A DNA stretch of 64,000 nt from Bacteroidota bacterium (GCA_947501265.1 CANMVY010000010.1:19569-83568); one strand, 5' to 3'. Numbered from the stretch's first letter, positions 21,469-30,712 are shown. The notes: generated from the letters alone by a model not told the origin. Numbers and translations are program-made.

Positions 21469-23181
21469 ATGCATATTCTTGACTTGTCCTCATTGAAGGG
21501 TTTAAATGGAAAACCCATTCGCAGGCTTTTTCGTTTGCTGAAGCCCGAACGCGCATTTATTAAGCGATTGTACTGGGTTTCTATTCTCTCCGGTTTGTTT
21601 GGCTTGGTCGTTCCGCTTTGCATTCAAGCCATTTTTACGTTCATTCAAGCAGGCCAAGCTTCGGCATCGCTTTGGGTGTTGTTAAGTTTTTTGTTGGTTG
21701 GCTTGCTTATTTCTGGAAACCTAACGCTTACCCAGCTGAACATCAATGAAACGTTGCAACAGCGATTGTTTGCTCGCATTGGTTTTGACTTTACCGAGCG
21801 AATTCCTCGCTGGAGGTCGGATGAGCACCATGCTCCCGAAATGGTGAACCGTTTTTTCGAGGTTTTAACCATTCAAAAATCTCTGTCAAAGGTTTTAATC
21901 GACTTTTTCTCGGCGCTTCTGCAAGTGTTTTTTGGTTTATTACTTCTTTCCTTTTACCATCCATTGTTCATCGTTTTCGGCTTGGCATCCATCGGTACCA
22001 TCATCGTTGCATTTCGAGTTATGGGGCCAAATGGAATGAAATCAAGTCTTGGAGAATCTTCTTCAAAGTATGCCATGGTTTATTGGCTGGAAGAGATCGC
22101 TCGCTTTATTGACGTTTTTAAACTATCCGGCGCGCCCAACCTACCCGTTCAAAAATCGAACGCCCTCGTTGAACAATACGTTGATTACCGAACCGAGCAT
22201 TATAAGATTTTGAGGAATCACTACATCATGCTTATTGGGTTCAAAATTATTACCGTTTCCGGGTTAATTATGTTGGGTACCTTTTTGGTTTTCAATGAAA
22301 TGATCAGCATTGGTCAGTTCGTAGCCTCCGAAATTGTGATGGTTTTGGTGATTCAATCGGTAGAAAAAATCATTTTTTGCATCGATCCAATCTACGATAC
22401 CCTAACGGCAGTGGAAAAATTGGGAGGCATTGCCGATTTACCCTTGGCCGAGCATTCCGGAACAACCGAGGTTACCCCGGGCTCCATCTCCATTTCCCTT
22501 GACCAGGTTGGAGTTCCCCCAACCACCCTATCTTTTACGGCTGAAATTCAAGGAAAAGAGATCGTTGGAATTGTAGGTGCGAATGGTTCGGGTAAAACAA
22601 CCTTGATTAATTTATTAGGAACACGGGTACCCGATACCACCGGTGTATTGAAATATTCGGGAGTTCGCGTTGAAGCGTTACAGATGGATTCTCTGCGTTC
22701 CCGCATTGGTGAAATCATTGAAGATACCGATATTTTTGCGGGAAACGTTCGGGAAAACATCAGTTTGGGTCGCCCAGGTGTAACCGATCAATCGATTCGG
22801 GAAGCTTGCGAAGGATTGGGATGCTGGGACGATTTGCAGCGTTTACCGAAGGGATTGGATACAACCTTAACCCCAGGAGCACCCGGGCTTCCTCGTTCGT
22901 TAGCCATGAAAATTTCCTTGGCCCGGGGCGTGGTAACCCAACCTTCCCTCTTGCTCATTGATGCAACTTTGGTGACTTTAACCCGAAGCGAAAGGACCAA
23001 AATTTTGGATTACCTAACCCGCGCAGACCGCCCGTGGACCTTGATCGCTTCCATCCATCATCATGATTTTATGCAACGATGCGATCAAATTCTTCATCTT
23101 GAAAAAGGAAAAGTTGGGGGCGTTTTCAAATTGGAGGAAGCTGAAAAACAATCGTTCTACACCGAGTTAATGGTTTACTAA
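21469..23181 (+). CDS. T1SS-type ABC exporter (TMD+NBD) with degenerate NBD motifs
   Basis: TM domain, Walker A GANGSGKT, signature replaced by LPRSL, Walker B LLLIDA. Confidence 0.88.
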   Translation: MHILDLSSLKGLNGKPIRRLFRLLKPERAFIKRLYWVSILSGLFGLVVPLCIQAIFTFIQAGQASASLWVLLSFLLVGLLISGNLTLTQLNINETLQQRLFARIGFDFTERIPRWRSDEHHAPEMVNRFFEVLTIQKSLSKVLIDFFSALLQVFFGLLLLSFYHPLFIVFGLASIGTIIVAFRVMGPNGMKSSLGESSSKYAMVYWLEEIARFIDVFKLSGAPNLPVQKSNALVEQYVDYRTEHYKILRNHYIMLIGFKIITVSGLIMLGTFLVFNEMISIGQFVASEIVMVLVIQSVEKIIFCIDPIYDTLTAVEKLGGIADLPLAEHSGTTEVTPGSISISLDQVGVPPTTLSFTAEIQGKEIVGIVGANGSGKTTLINLLGTRVPDTTGVLKYSGVRVEALQMDSLRSRIGEIIEDTDIFAGNVRENISLGRPGVTDQSIREACEGLGCWDDLQRLPKGLDTTLTPGAPGLPRSLAMKISLARGVVTQPSLLLIDATLVTLTRSERTKILDYLTRADRPWTLIASIHHHDFMQRCDQILHLEKGKVGGVFKLEEAEKQSFYTELMVY

Positions 23182-23183
23182 TT

Positions 23184-24515
23184 ATGGGACATCATCGCCA
23201 TCGCTACAACGCTTATAACCACATTTTCGAACGGCAACCCAAAGCCATTTTCAAAGTCACCGGACGATTTGCGCTCATCCTCATGTTCATCACTCTCTTT
23301 TTACCTTGGACCCAAAATTTTCGAGGAAAAGGCAAACTCACCACGTTAAACCCCAGCGAACGTCCGCAAACCCTCAATTCAATCATTCCAGGTAGAATTG
23401 AAAAATGGTACGTCCAAGAAGGGCAACGGGTAAAAAAAGGAGATACCATGTTGTTCATTTCGGAGGTAAAAGAAGATTATTTGGATCCCAACCTCGTGCC
23501 TCGAACCGACGATCAGATTCTCTCCAAAGAAAAAGGAATAGGATCGTATCAATCGAAACTGAAAGCCCTTGAAAATCAGTACAAAGCCATCGAACGAGAT
23601 CAGGTTTTGAAAACAGCCCAATTGCGAAACAAAGTGAAGCAAACCCGGGCAAAGATGATTTCCGACTCTGCCAAAATCGTGGAAGCGGAGGTGAAGTTGG
23701 TGATCGCGAAAAGACAAATTGAGGCCTTTGAAAAAATGTACAAAGATGGCATCAAATCGTTGGCCGAATACGAAGCAAAAAAAGCTTCATTCCAGCAAGC
23801 AATCACCGATAAAACGGCGATGCTGAACAATTACATCACGTCAGAAAACGAATGGATCAACGCCCAGTTGCAACTTAACAATCTGAACAACGAATTTGAG
23901 CAGAAACTGGCGTACAACCAAGCCGATCGATTTGCCCTTGAATCCCAAATTTTCGATGGAGAAGCCACCGTATCTAAAATGCGCATTCAACGCTCCAATT
24001 ACTCCATTCGTACCCAAAACTATTACGTTCTCGCCCCTCAAGACGGTTATGTGGTAAAAGCCCTGAAATCGGGTATTGGTGAAGTGATCAAAGAAGGAAC
24101 CCCTTTGGTAGAAATTCAACCCTATCCTTTCAAAATTGCTGCTGAAATGTACGTCGATCCCTTGAACGTGGCCTTGGTGGAAAAAGGACAGAAAGTACGG
24201 CTTCAATTTGATGGATGGCCAGCCTTAGTTTTTGGCGGTTGGCCCGGCGTTTCGTTTGGAACGTTTGGCGGCGTTGTCGTAGCCATCGACCAAACCATCA
24301 GCGAAAATGGCAAATACCGTTTGCTCATTGCCCCAGATTCTGCCGATAAAGCCTGGCCCAATTTGTTGAAAGTGGGAACCGGAGCGAACGGAATTGGGCT
24401 GTTGAAAGACGTTCCCATTTGGTATGAACTTTGGCGAAACATCAACGGATTCCCACCCGAATACTACAAACCATCTGAACAAGCAGGAAAAGAATCGAAT
24501 AAAAAAGAAAAATGA
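23184..24515 (+). CDS. HlyD family membrane fusion protein
   Basis: LPWTQN, GRIEKWYVQEGQRVKKGD, coiled coil, APQDG, FDGWPA. Confidence 0.92.
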   Translation: MGHHRHRYNAYNHIFERQPKAIFKVTGRFALILMFITLFLPWTQNFRGKGKLTTLNPSERPQTLNSIIPGRIEKWYVQEGQRVKKGDTMLFISEVKEDYLDPNLVPRTDDQILSKEKGIGSYQSKLKALENQYKAIERDQVLKTAQLRNKVKQTRAKMISDSAKIVEAEVKLVIAKRQIEAFEKMYKDGIKSLAEYEAKKASFQQAITDKTAMLNNYITSENEWINAQLQLNNLNNEFEQKLAYNQADRFALESQIFDGEATVSKMRIQRSNYSIRTQNYYVLAPQDGYVVKALKSGIGEVIKEGTPLVEIQPYPFKIAAEMYVDPLNVALVEKGQKVRLQFDGWPALVFGGWPGVSFGTFGGVVVAIDQTISENGKYRLLIAPDSADKAWPNLLKVGTGANGIGLLKDVPIWYELWRNINGFPPEYYKPSEQAGKESNKKEK

Positions 24516-25894
24516 TGCGCATTTTCGGACTACTTTTTCTTTTTTCCGCGATGGGAATTCAGGGGCAAAATAACCAAATCCTTACCCGTGATGCTTTTGT
24601 AGAACAGGTCAAGCAGCACCATCCCATTGCTTTTGCCGCGGGGTTGATGGACAATAAGGCCGCAGCCACAGTGTTGCAGGCCCGCGGAGCTTTCGATCCG
24701 GCTCTTCAAGGAAAATTGAACCAGAAAACCTTCTCGGGAACGCAATACTTCAACCTCTTAGAAACCGGTTTGCTGCTCCCCACCCGAAGTCCCGTAGAAT
24801 TTTCAATGGGTTGGGAACAAAATGCAGGAACGTTCGTCAACCCGGAAGACAAAACACCCAGTACAGGTTTAGGAAGCTTAGGAATTGGAGTTAATTTAGG
24901 AAAAGGGTTGCTGATGGATGCCCGACGGGCTTCCCTTCGTCAGGCATTGCTCTTGCAAGATGCGGCACCATTCCAAATTCAATCCATGCTGAGCGATCTT
25001 TTGGCTCAGGCAGAAATGGATTATTGGAATTGGGCGCTCACGAAGGAAAAACTAGCACTGTACCAAGAAGCGAGTGACCTTGCTTTTCAACGTTTGAGAC
25101 TCATTCGTGGAGCCTTGGAACAAGGCGACCGGCCCACCATCGATACCGTAGAGGCCTATGCCCAATGGCAGTTGCGCCAAATTAACGTTGAACAGGCAAA
25201 AGCCGAATATTTGGCCGCCACCAATTTGATCGAAGCTTACCTGTGGAAAGACGGACTTGTTCCCGATCAATTGCCTTCAGCAACCATTCCACAAAGCATA
25301 CAAGTTGCCGCTTTAACGGCTGTAAATCTTGATTTGCTCACGCAATGGATAACGGGGTTGGATCAACATCCCATTTTGAAAGCCCTGGATGCTGAAATCG
25401 CCATGCAGGAGGTTGAAATCAAATTGAAGAAGGAGAGTTTACGACCTGAATTGAAAGTAAAGTACAACTTGCTCAGTGGAAATCCCGCCCAAATTGGGAC
25501 GTATTTTGAAGACGGCTACAAATGGGGCGGTTCGGCAGCTTTTCCATTGTTGCTTCGTTCCGCCCGAGGAGGCGTTCAAATTTCTACCATCAAAAAACAA
25601 GAATTGGAAGCCAAGCGCTTTCAAAAGAAAAACGAAATCCGAGTGAAAATAGAAACGTATGCTGAACTTTCTGGAATTTTCAATCGACAAACCCAATTGG
25701 CAGAAGAACAAATGAATCGCTTCAAACAATTGTACGATGTAGAACAAATTCGTTTGCTTCAAGGTGATGGATCTGTTTTCTTAATCAATACCCGCGAAGC
25801 AAAATGGGTGGAATCCCGCGAAAAAGTACTGGATCTTTATTTTAAAGTGCGCAAAAACCAAATTTCTTTGCAAAATTCGCGTGGATTATTCTAA
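24512..25894 (+). CDS. TolC family outer-membrane channel
   Basis: Signal peptide, ARGAFDP, helical repeats, GDGSVFLINTRE. Confidence 0.9.
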   Translation: MMRIFGLLFLFSAMGIQGQNNQILTRDAFVEQVKQHHPIAFAAGLMDNKAAATVLQARGAFDPALQGKLNQKTFSGTQYFNLLETGLLLPTRSPVEFSMGWEQNAGTFVNPEDKTPSTGLGSLGIGVNLGKGLLMDARRASLRQALLLQDAAPFQIQSMLSDLLAQAEMDYWNWALTKEKLALYQEASDLAFQRLRLIRGALEQGDRPTIDTVEAYAQWQLRQINVEQAKAEYLAATNLIEAYLWKDGLVPDQLPSATIPQSIQVAALTAVNLDLLTQWITGLDQHPILKALDAEIAMQEVEIKLKKESLRPELKVKYNLLSGNPAQIGTYFEDGYKWGGSAAFPLLLRSARGGVQISTIKKQELEAKRFQKKNEIRVKIETYAELSGIFNRQTQLAEEQMNRFKQLYDVEQIRLLQGDGSVFLINTREAKWVESREKVLDLYFKVRKNQISLQNSRGLF

Positions 25895-25897
25895 CGC

Positions 25898-27073
25898 ATG
25901 CGAGTTTTTCTCTTCACCCATTGGTATCCACCCAACTCAACAGCACCTGCTTTCCGAGCTCAGTCTTGGGTAGAAGGATTTTCGAAGATCGCCAAAGAAG
26001 TCATCGTTATTACTCCCTACCGGGAAGGAAACGAGGCCTATCCAGCAGCATTTCACAACCAAATCCTCATCGAGGAACGAAAAGGTAACATTCGAATCTT
26101 TCGAATGCCCCTTTCCCATCATCCTTTAAGAAGTGCGATCGCACGCATGCCGAACAGCGCTTACCGACGTTTTTTAATGGGGCTTTTTTACTTGCTTCAT
26201 CATAAACCGGTTCACCATTCTTTTGATTTGGACTTTGAAGCACTGGAATCGAAACTGCCTCTTCCTCAGTCCAACGATTGGGTGCTTTCTTCGGGTCCTC
26301 CCTTTATTTTGCACCGCTTGGCATTGCGCTGGAAAATGATGCATGGCTGCCGATGGATTGCTGATTATCGCGATTTATGGACGTTTGGCCGCGATCGATT
26401 CCATTGGGGATGGCTGCGGGAGTGGTGGCAAGAGCGGGTGGATGGAGAATGGGAGCGGCATTGGCTGCACCTGGCCGATCGGCTGGTGACCGTTGGTCCA
26501 ACATTGGCGGCCGATTTAAAGAACCAATTCCCGAAGGTTGAAGTAAGCGTTTTGGAAAACGGGGCTCAGGAAGACATGAAGCAACTTTCTCCTCCCAAAA
26601 GCGGGGGAAATCGGTGGCTGTACGTGGGGAATTTGTACCCCGCCCAAAAATCGATTTGGCGCTTTTTTTCTTTGTTGGACGACGCCATTCGGCAAGATGG
26701 ATTAGATTTTGAGTTGAGGTTTTTAGGCTCCAATCATTACGGCTGTTTGGATGAATTGTTTGCTCAATTCCCTATCGTAGCCCAACATTGCAAATCGTTG
26801 ACCTGGCAAAATCGGCCAGAAATTTTGGATCATTACGTTTGGAGCAACGGCTGCATTCATTTTCCCTACGAAGGAGCGGAAGGCATTCCCAGCGCGAAGC
26901 GCAACGAGTACGCCTGCTCGGGAAGAAAAACGATAACGTATTCGAATCAATCGAAACAGGAAGTGTTGGATTGGGCCAAATCAACCGACTTTCCCGAAGT
27001 TCCTTTGCATTTATTTCGGCAGTACCTGGTTGATTTATGGATCGGCGATCATGTTCGAAGTGATGGGAATTGA
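25898..27073 (+). CDS. Glycosyltransferase family 4-like (GT-B)
   Basis: SSGPP, WIADYRDLW, ENG, YVGNLY, IPSAKRNEY. Confidence 0.8.
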   Translation: MRVFLFTHWYPPNSTAPAFRAQSWVEGFSKIAKEVIVITPYREGNEAYPAAFHNQILIEERKGNIRIFRMPLSHHPLRSAIARMPNSAYRRFLMGLFYLLHHKPVHHSFDLDFEALESKLPLPQSNDWVLSSGPPFILHRLALRWKMMHGCRWIADYRDLWTFGRDRFHWGWLREWWQERVDGEWERHWLHLADRLVTVGPTLAADLKNQFPKVEVSVLENGAQEDMKQLSPPKSGGNRWLYVGNLYPAQKSIWRFFSLLDDAIRQDGLDFELRFLGSNHYGCLDELFAQFPIVAQHCKSLTWQNRPEILDHYVWSNGCIHFPYEGAEGIPSAKRNEYACSGRKTITYSNQSKQEVLDWAKSTDFPEVPLHLFRQYLVDLWIGDHVRSDGN

Positions 27074-27088
27074 GTTAATTGATAACCA

Positions 27089-27382
27089 TCAATCCACCTG
27101 ATCACTAGGGCGGTGAAAGTCTTTGTAATTAGGGCATTCTTCCTTTAAAATTTTTCTCATCTCGTCTCCCCACTTTTCTGTTCCTCGATAACTGTCAGGA
27201 ATTTGGTCTCCATACTTTTCATTACAATCCAACAAAACAGAAGTGTTTGCATCTAGACCATGATATTTGAAATTATCATAACATTCACATGCACTTGGCC
27301 CACAAGAACTTAGGATTGTCACAAGAAAAAATAAAAAAGATCCAAGGAAAACTCCTTTTTTGAGATAAATAGATTTTTTCAT
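27089..27382 (-). CDS. Small Cys-rich lipoprotein
   Basis: Lipobox LSSC, then CEC...C...C; 22 nt downstream of the 625-aa gene. Confidence 0.8.
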   Translation of the reverse strand: MKKSIYLKKGVFLGSFLFFLVTILSSCGPSACECYDNFKYHGLDANTSVLLDCNEKYGDQIPDSYRGTEKWGDEMRKILKEECPNYKDFHRPSDQVD

Positions 27383-27404
27383 TTAGCTTAATTTTTAAAT
27401 TTAA

Positions 27405-29282
27405 TTAGTTAAATGTGACATTGCTTTCGCTTATCCACCCTTCAACATATACATCATTAATCATCTGAGAAATAAAAATGAACCCATTTTCACGTCGAGA
27501 GAAAGTACCACTATCACCTATTTTTAGGAAAATACCTTGTGAATACTCAAAGGATGGTTCTAAATAAACTTCGGTGTTTTCAGTTATTACTGAAAATTGT
27601 CCACTTAGTTCAATCTCATTAAACTCATTAAACTCATTAAAGTAAGATTTAATTTCTTTTCTAAGAATTTCACCATCCTTCAATCCGATAAAATTAACTT
27701 TCTCGCCAGAAGGTAATCGATATGAACCAGTAATCTTATCCTTAGAAATAGATGTTAACTGTAAGAAATTATTATCAAAATTAATTGGGAAAGTAATATT
27801 TTCATTGTACATGGTATTGACAAGGACTTCTTGTTGGCCATCAATTTCTGTACAAACAGCAAACATATTTGAAGAGATAATGCCATCAGATGCGTCAGCA
27901 TTCATGTTTGATGATGAACTATTAATGCTCAACTCCTCAATTTCAGTACTATCAGCATTTAAAAAATACCATGTTCCATTAATCAAGTCTAAATTATTTT
28001 TAGCAAAAGTAGAATATTCGTCTCTTGTAACATTATGTTTAGTTGTCGTTGAGTAGGTGAAAAATGCTAAATACAATGAAGTAATTACTACTGGCAAAAA
28101 CCAATTTTTGAATAACCAAGTATTTTGAAATTTGCTTTCTTTAGACCCTTTGGACTTTTTGTAATCAAAAAAGTATGCCGATACCGCTAAAACGAAGAAC
28201 AGAACTACATAGAAATTTGCTGCGACATAGAATGATTTATAAAAATAATACTCCCTTGATGAAGAAAAGTGGTTTTCATCGTCAACAAATAAACTTGCAT
28301 CCCAAATCTCTCTAAACAAAAAATAATGAAGGACACCAAAAAGCAAATTCTGAGTGAATACAGAGGTTGTTAAATTCAAATTTTTGTATCTTGCTAGAGG
28401 TATTGGAATTAGGAGCCATATAAAAAACAATGGGAAGTCGACAATATTCCAAACTTCTAAAAATGGAATTATTGAAAAAGCAACAATATAAAAAGCAAAA
28501 ATCCAATCACTAGTTAAAAAAAGAAGTATTTTGGAATTATCGTTTTTTATTTCGTCTAAATACTTCTTAATGTATGGAATAGTTTTATCAACTTTCTTTA
28601 ATTCTAAAACATTCATTACAATACGCGTGCTTACTTTTTTCACAAACCATGTTGTGGCCCAAGAAAGTAAACTAGGTGAAATATTATTTTCCTTTAAAAC
28701 AGGATTTACAGAGGTATTGAAAACATGATTTGAGACAGTATTTGCTTCAGCTTTTAACTTTAAGAAAGATTCCAAATCTATATTACCTAATTCAATATTA
28801 GATAAAGATTTTGTTATCGATCTAGTTAAATATAAAAGGTAAATAAAAAGAGTAAATTTATTTAAATAAGAAATTTTCCTGGTGTGGTAATACACCTTGT
28901 AAGCCCAGTTGTTTTTAGGGTCAATTTTTTCCTTATCAATTTTTGGAACTTGACTGGGTTTCCCTTTTTGTTCACTTTTAACTAAATTAATTTTTGTAGA
29001 ACAATTTTGACAAACTACCTGCTCAGGGAATTGTGAAGAAGCATCTTTCTGAAAATTAACTTTCGAATTACACTTTTTGCACGTTACAGTACCTATTTTT
29101 TTTGTGCTCGGCTGAAGATTAGGGGTTGGGACCTTGTCATTGTTAGAGGTCTTTATTGGATTAGTTAATCTGTATTTTTGTTGACAGCTAGGGCACCCAA
29201 TGGTAAATTCATTTGCAGGCGCTTTTGAATAATCAATTTTTATTTTATTGTCGCATTTTTTGCAACTCAAGATTTTTATCAT
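27405..29282 (-). CDS. Double zinc-ribbon / multi-TM / SH3-like membrane protein
   Basis: CKKC..CPSC and CKKC..CQNC pairs, ~5-6 hydrophobic helices mid-protein, LINGTWYF, C-terminal VYLEPS...LKIGD...NGF...EGWI SH3b-like pattern. Confidence 0.8.
   Translation of the reverse strand: MIKILSCKKCDNKIKIDYSKAPANEFTIGCPSCQQKYRLTNPIKTSNNDKVPTPNLQPSTKKIGTVTCKKCNSKVNFQKDASSQFPEQVVCQNCSTKINLVKSEQKGKPSQVPKIDKEKIDPKNNWAYKVYYHTRKISYLNKFTLFIYLLYLTRSITKSLSNIELGNIDLESFLKLKAEANTVSNHVFNTSVNPVLKENNISPSLLSWATTWFVKKVSTRIVMNVLELKKVDKTIPYIKKYLDEIKNDNSKILLFLTSDWIFAFYIVAFSIIPFLEVWNIVDFPLFFIWLLIPIPLARYKNLNLTTSVFTQNLLFGVLHYFLFREIWDASLFVDDENHFSSSREYYFYKSFYVAANFYVVLFFVLAVSAYFFDYKKSKGSKESKFQNTWLFKNWFLPVVITSLYLAFFTYSTTTKHNVTRDEYSTFAKNNLDLINGTWYFLNADSTEIEELSINSSSSNMNADASDGIISSNMFAVCTEIDGQQEVLVNTMYNENITFPINFDNNFLQLTSISKDKITGSYRLPSGEKVNFIGLKDGEILRKEIKSYFNEFNEFNEIELSGQFSVITENTEVYLEPSFEYSQGIFLKIGDSGTFSRRENGFIFISQMINDVYVEGWISESNVTFN
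27615..27641. repeat. In-frame 9-bp tandem repeat (CTCATTAAA x3) encoding FNE x3
   Basis: Directly visible; in the linker before the SH3-like domain. Confidence 0.9.
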
Positions 29283-29306
29283 GGCATGTTTATTAAAAAA
29301 TGGGAC

Positions 29307-29744
29307 TTAAAAATCAAAATCTCCATCATTATCAGAATCAACTGCATAATCATCTGCAATTCCATCTCCGTCGTAATCCATAGCGACAACATCAACATCT
29401 CCATCACCATCAGTATCATATGCCATGGTATCTACCTGACCGTCACCGTCTGTATCCATTGCCACCGTATCAACTTGACCGTCACCATTTGTATCATATG
29501 CCACCGTATCAACTTGACCGTCACCATCTGAATCCATTGCAATTGTATCAACATGCCCATCCCCATCAGTATCATAGGCTATTGTGTCGATAAAACCATC
29601 ATCATCACTGTCTATTGCTATAACATCTGAATCACCATCATTATCAGAATCAATAAAAATGGCATCAGCATACCCGTCATTATTTGTATCTTTTGCGACA
29701 GATTCATTAATTCCATCATTATTTAGGTCTAGGTTTTTATTCAT
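29307..29744 (-). CDS. Acidic protein of 11 tandem 13-aa DxDxDG repeats (putative Ca2+-binding)
   Basis: 5-aa leader + 10 x 13 aa + 10 aa = 145 aa; consensus D-T-D-G-D-G-x-V-D-T-V-A-[YM]; no signal peptide. Confidence 0.88.
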   Translation of the reverse strand: MNKNLDLNNDGINESVAKDTNNDGYADAIFIDSDNDGDSDVIAIDSDDDGFIDTIAYDTDGDGHVDTIAMDSDGDGQVDTVAYDTNGDGQVDTVAMDTDGDGQVDTMAYDTDGDGDVDVVAMDYDGDGIADDYAVDSDNDGDFDF

Positions 29745-29890
29745 TTTTTTAGTTTAAATTTTTATTTACTTTGTTTTTATTTTAGTGTGCATTAATAAAA
29801 TGTACACATTTCAAATTTAATGATTGATATTGATTCAAAAAGTGTTTTAAAAATCCCGATTAGATTATCAGTTTGTGATTTTGGTAGGCA

Positions 29891-30331
29891 ATGGTTAAAT
29901 TTGAGGATATGGAAGGGCAAAATGCTATGGATGTAGGACATAAAATCAGAAGAATCCGAGAAATCAAAGGAATTAAGCAAGAAACAATCGCCAATCAAAT
30001 TGGCATTGCAGTTAGTTCTTTTGGGAAAATAGAGCGAGGGGAAATACAGCTTTCTGTGGAAAGACTTCAGGCTATTGCCGAGGCGCTTGAACTTCCGGTA
30101 AATGCCATCCTTGAATATGATGAAGGAGTGAATAATTTCTTCAACTCGAATACGTTTAACACGACGGGTCTTGGCGGATTCTTCAATACCTCCAATTCTC
30201 ACTTTCATATGAACAATGAGGAAACACTTCTAAAACAAATAGAAGTTCTTATGGGAATGCTAAAAAGCATGGAGCATGTCGTAGCGACTCAGAAAGACCT
30301 TATCAATGAGTTGAGAGGAAAAAACAATTAG
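29891..30331 (+). CDS. XRE-family HTH transcriptional regulator with C-terminal coiled coil
   Basis: VGHKIRRIREIKGIKQE-x-IA...GKIERGE...ERL-x-x-IA-x-AL; start could be a downstream Met. Confidence 0.9.
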   Translation: MVKFEDMEGQNAMDVGHKIRRIREIKGIKQETIANQIGIAVSSFGKIERGEIQLSVERLQAIAEALELPVNAILEYDEGVNNFFNSNTFNTTGLGGFFNTSNSHFHMNNEETLLKQIEVLMGMLKSMEHVVATQKDLINELRGKNN

Positions 30332-30511
30332 GTTTGACAGTCCACTAATTACCTATTTTTATTGAGATAGCTCAAAGTATCTAGGTACCTCTTCCCCTGG
30401 AGCTACTCCTCGGCAAGGCCCAGGCCACTAAAATAGGTTTGATTGTGAGAATGATTTTCATATTAGGTTATTCTAGCCCTTCAAAAAAATCAATGGTTTT
30501 TATTGGGACCG

Positions 30512-30536
30512 CCCTTCGATTGAACTCAGGGATCAC
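30512..30536 (-). repeat. REP-like palindromic element (CCCTGAG..CGAAGGG family)
   Basis: Reverse complement GTGATCCCTGAGTTCAATCGAAGGG resembles copies at 62782-62857 and 63252-63276; degenerate copy at 30408-30428. Confidence 0.65.
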
Positions 30537-30675
30537 CCTTGTCCCTTAGGGATAACTCGAAGCGCCCGCCCCGAGAGAGATCAATTTACCGCATTATTCT
30601 TGGGAGGATTTGCCTTCGCTCCCAAGACAATTTCATTTGATTTTCACTTTCCCTTTCCCCCCCCCAATCCAAAAT

Positions 30676-30701
30676 AAAAAAACCCGGCGATGCCAGGTTT
30701 T
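30676..30701 (-). terminator. Intrinsic terminator of tRNA-Ser
   Basis: Minus strand AAAACCTGGC-ATC-GCCGGGTTTTTTT just 3' of the tRNA. Confidence 0.8.
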
Positions 30702-30712
30702 CAGTTAATTTG

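Larger units (their letters stand above)
27074..30510. mobile_element. AT-rich genomic islet adjacent to tRNA-Ser 3' end, no integrase
   Basis: Abrupt visible drop in GC and shift to A/T-ending codons right after the GT4 stop; lies between GT4 and tRNA-Ser; REP-like remnants at the right edge; boundaries approximate. Confidence 0.7.

Noticed and set aside
29307-29744. 39-bp periodic DNA as CRISPR or non-coding repeat
   Set aside because: No unique spacers; variation is codon-structured within an intact ORF
29792-30208. 138-aa minus-strand ORF (and 29286-29531 plus-strand ORF)
   Set aside because: Antisense shadows of the XRE gene and the acidic repeat gene
30446-30460. Fur-box-like TGAGAATGATTTTCA (similar at 62758-62772)
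   Set aside because: Two mismatches, AT-rich background and no downstream gene start to regulate
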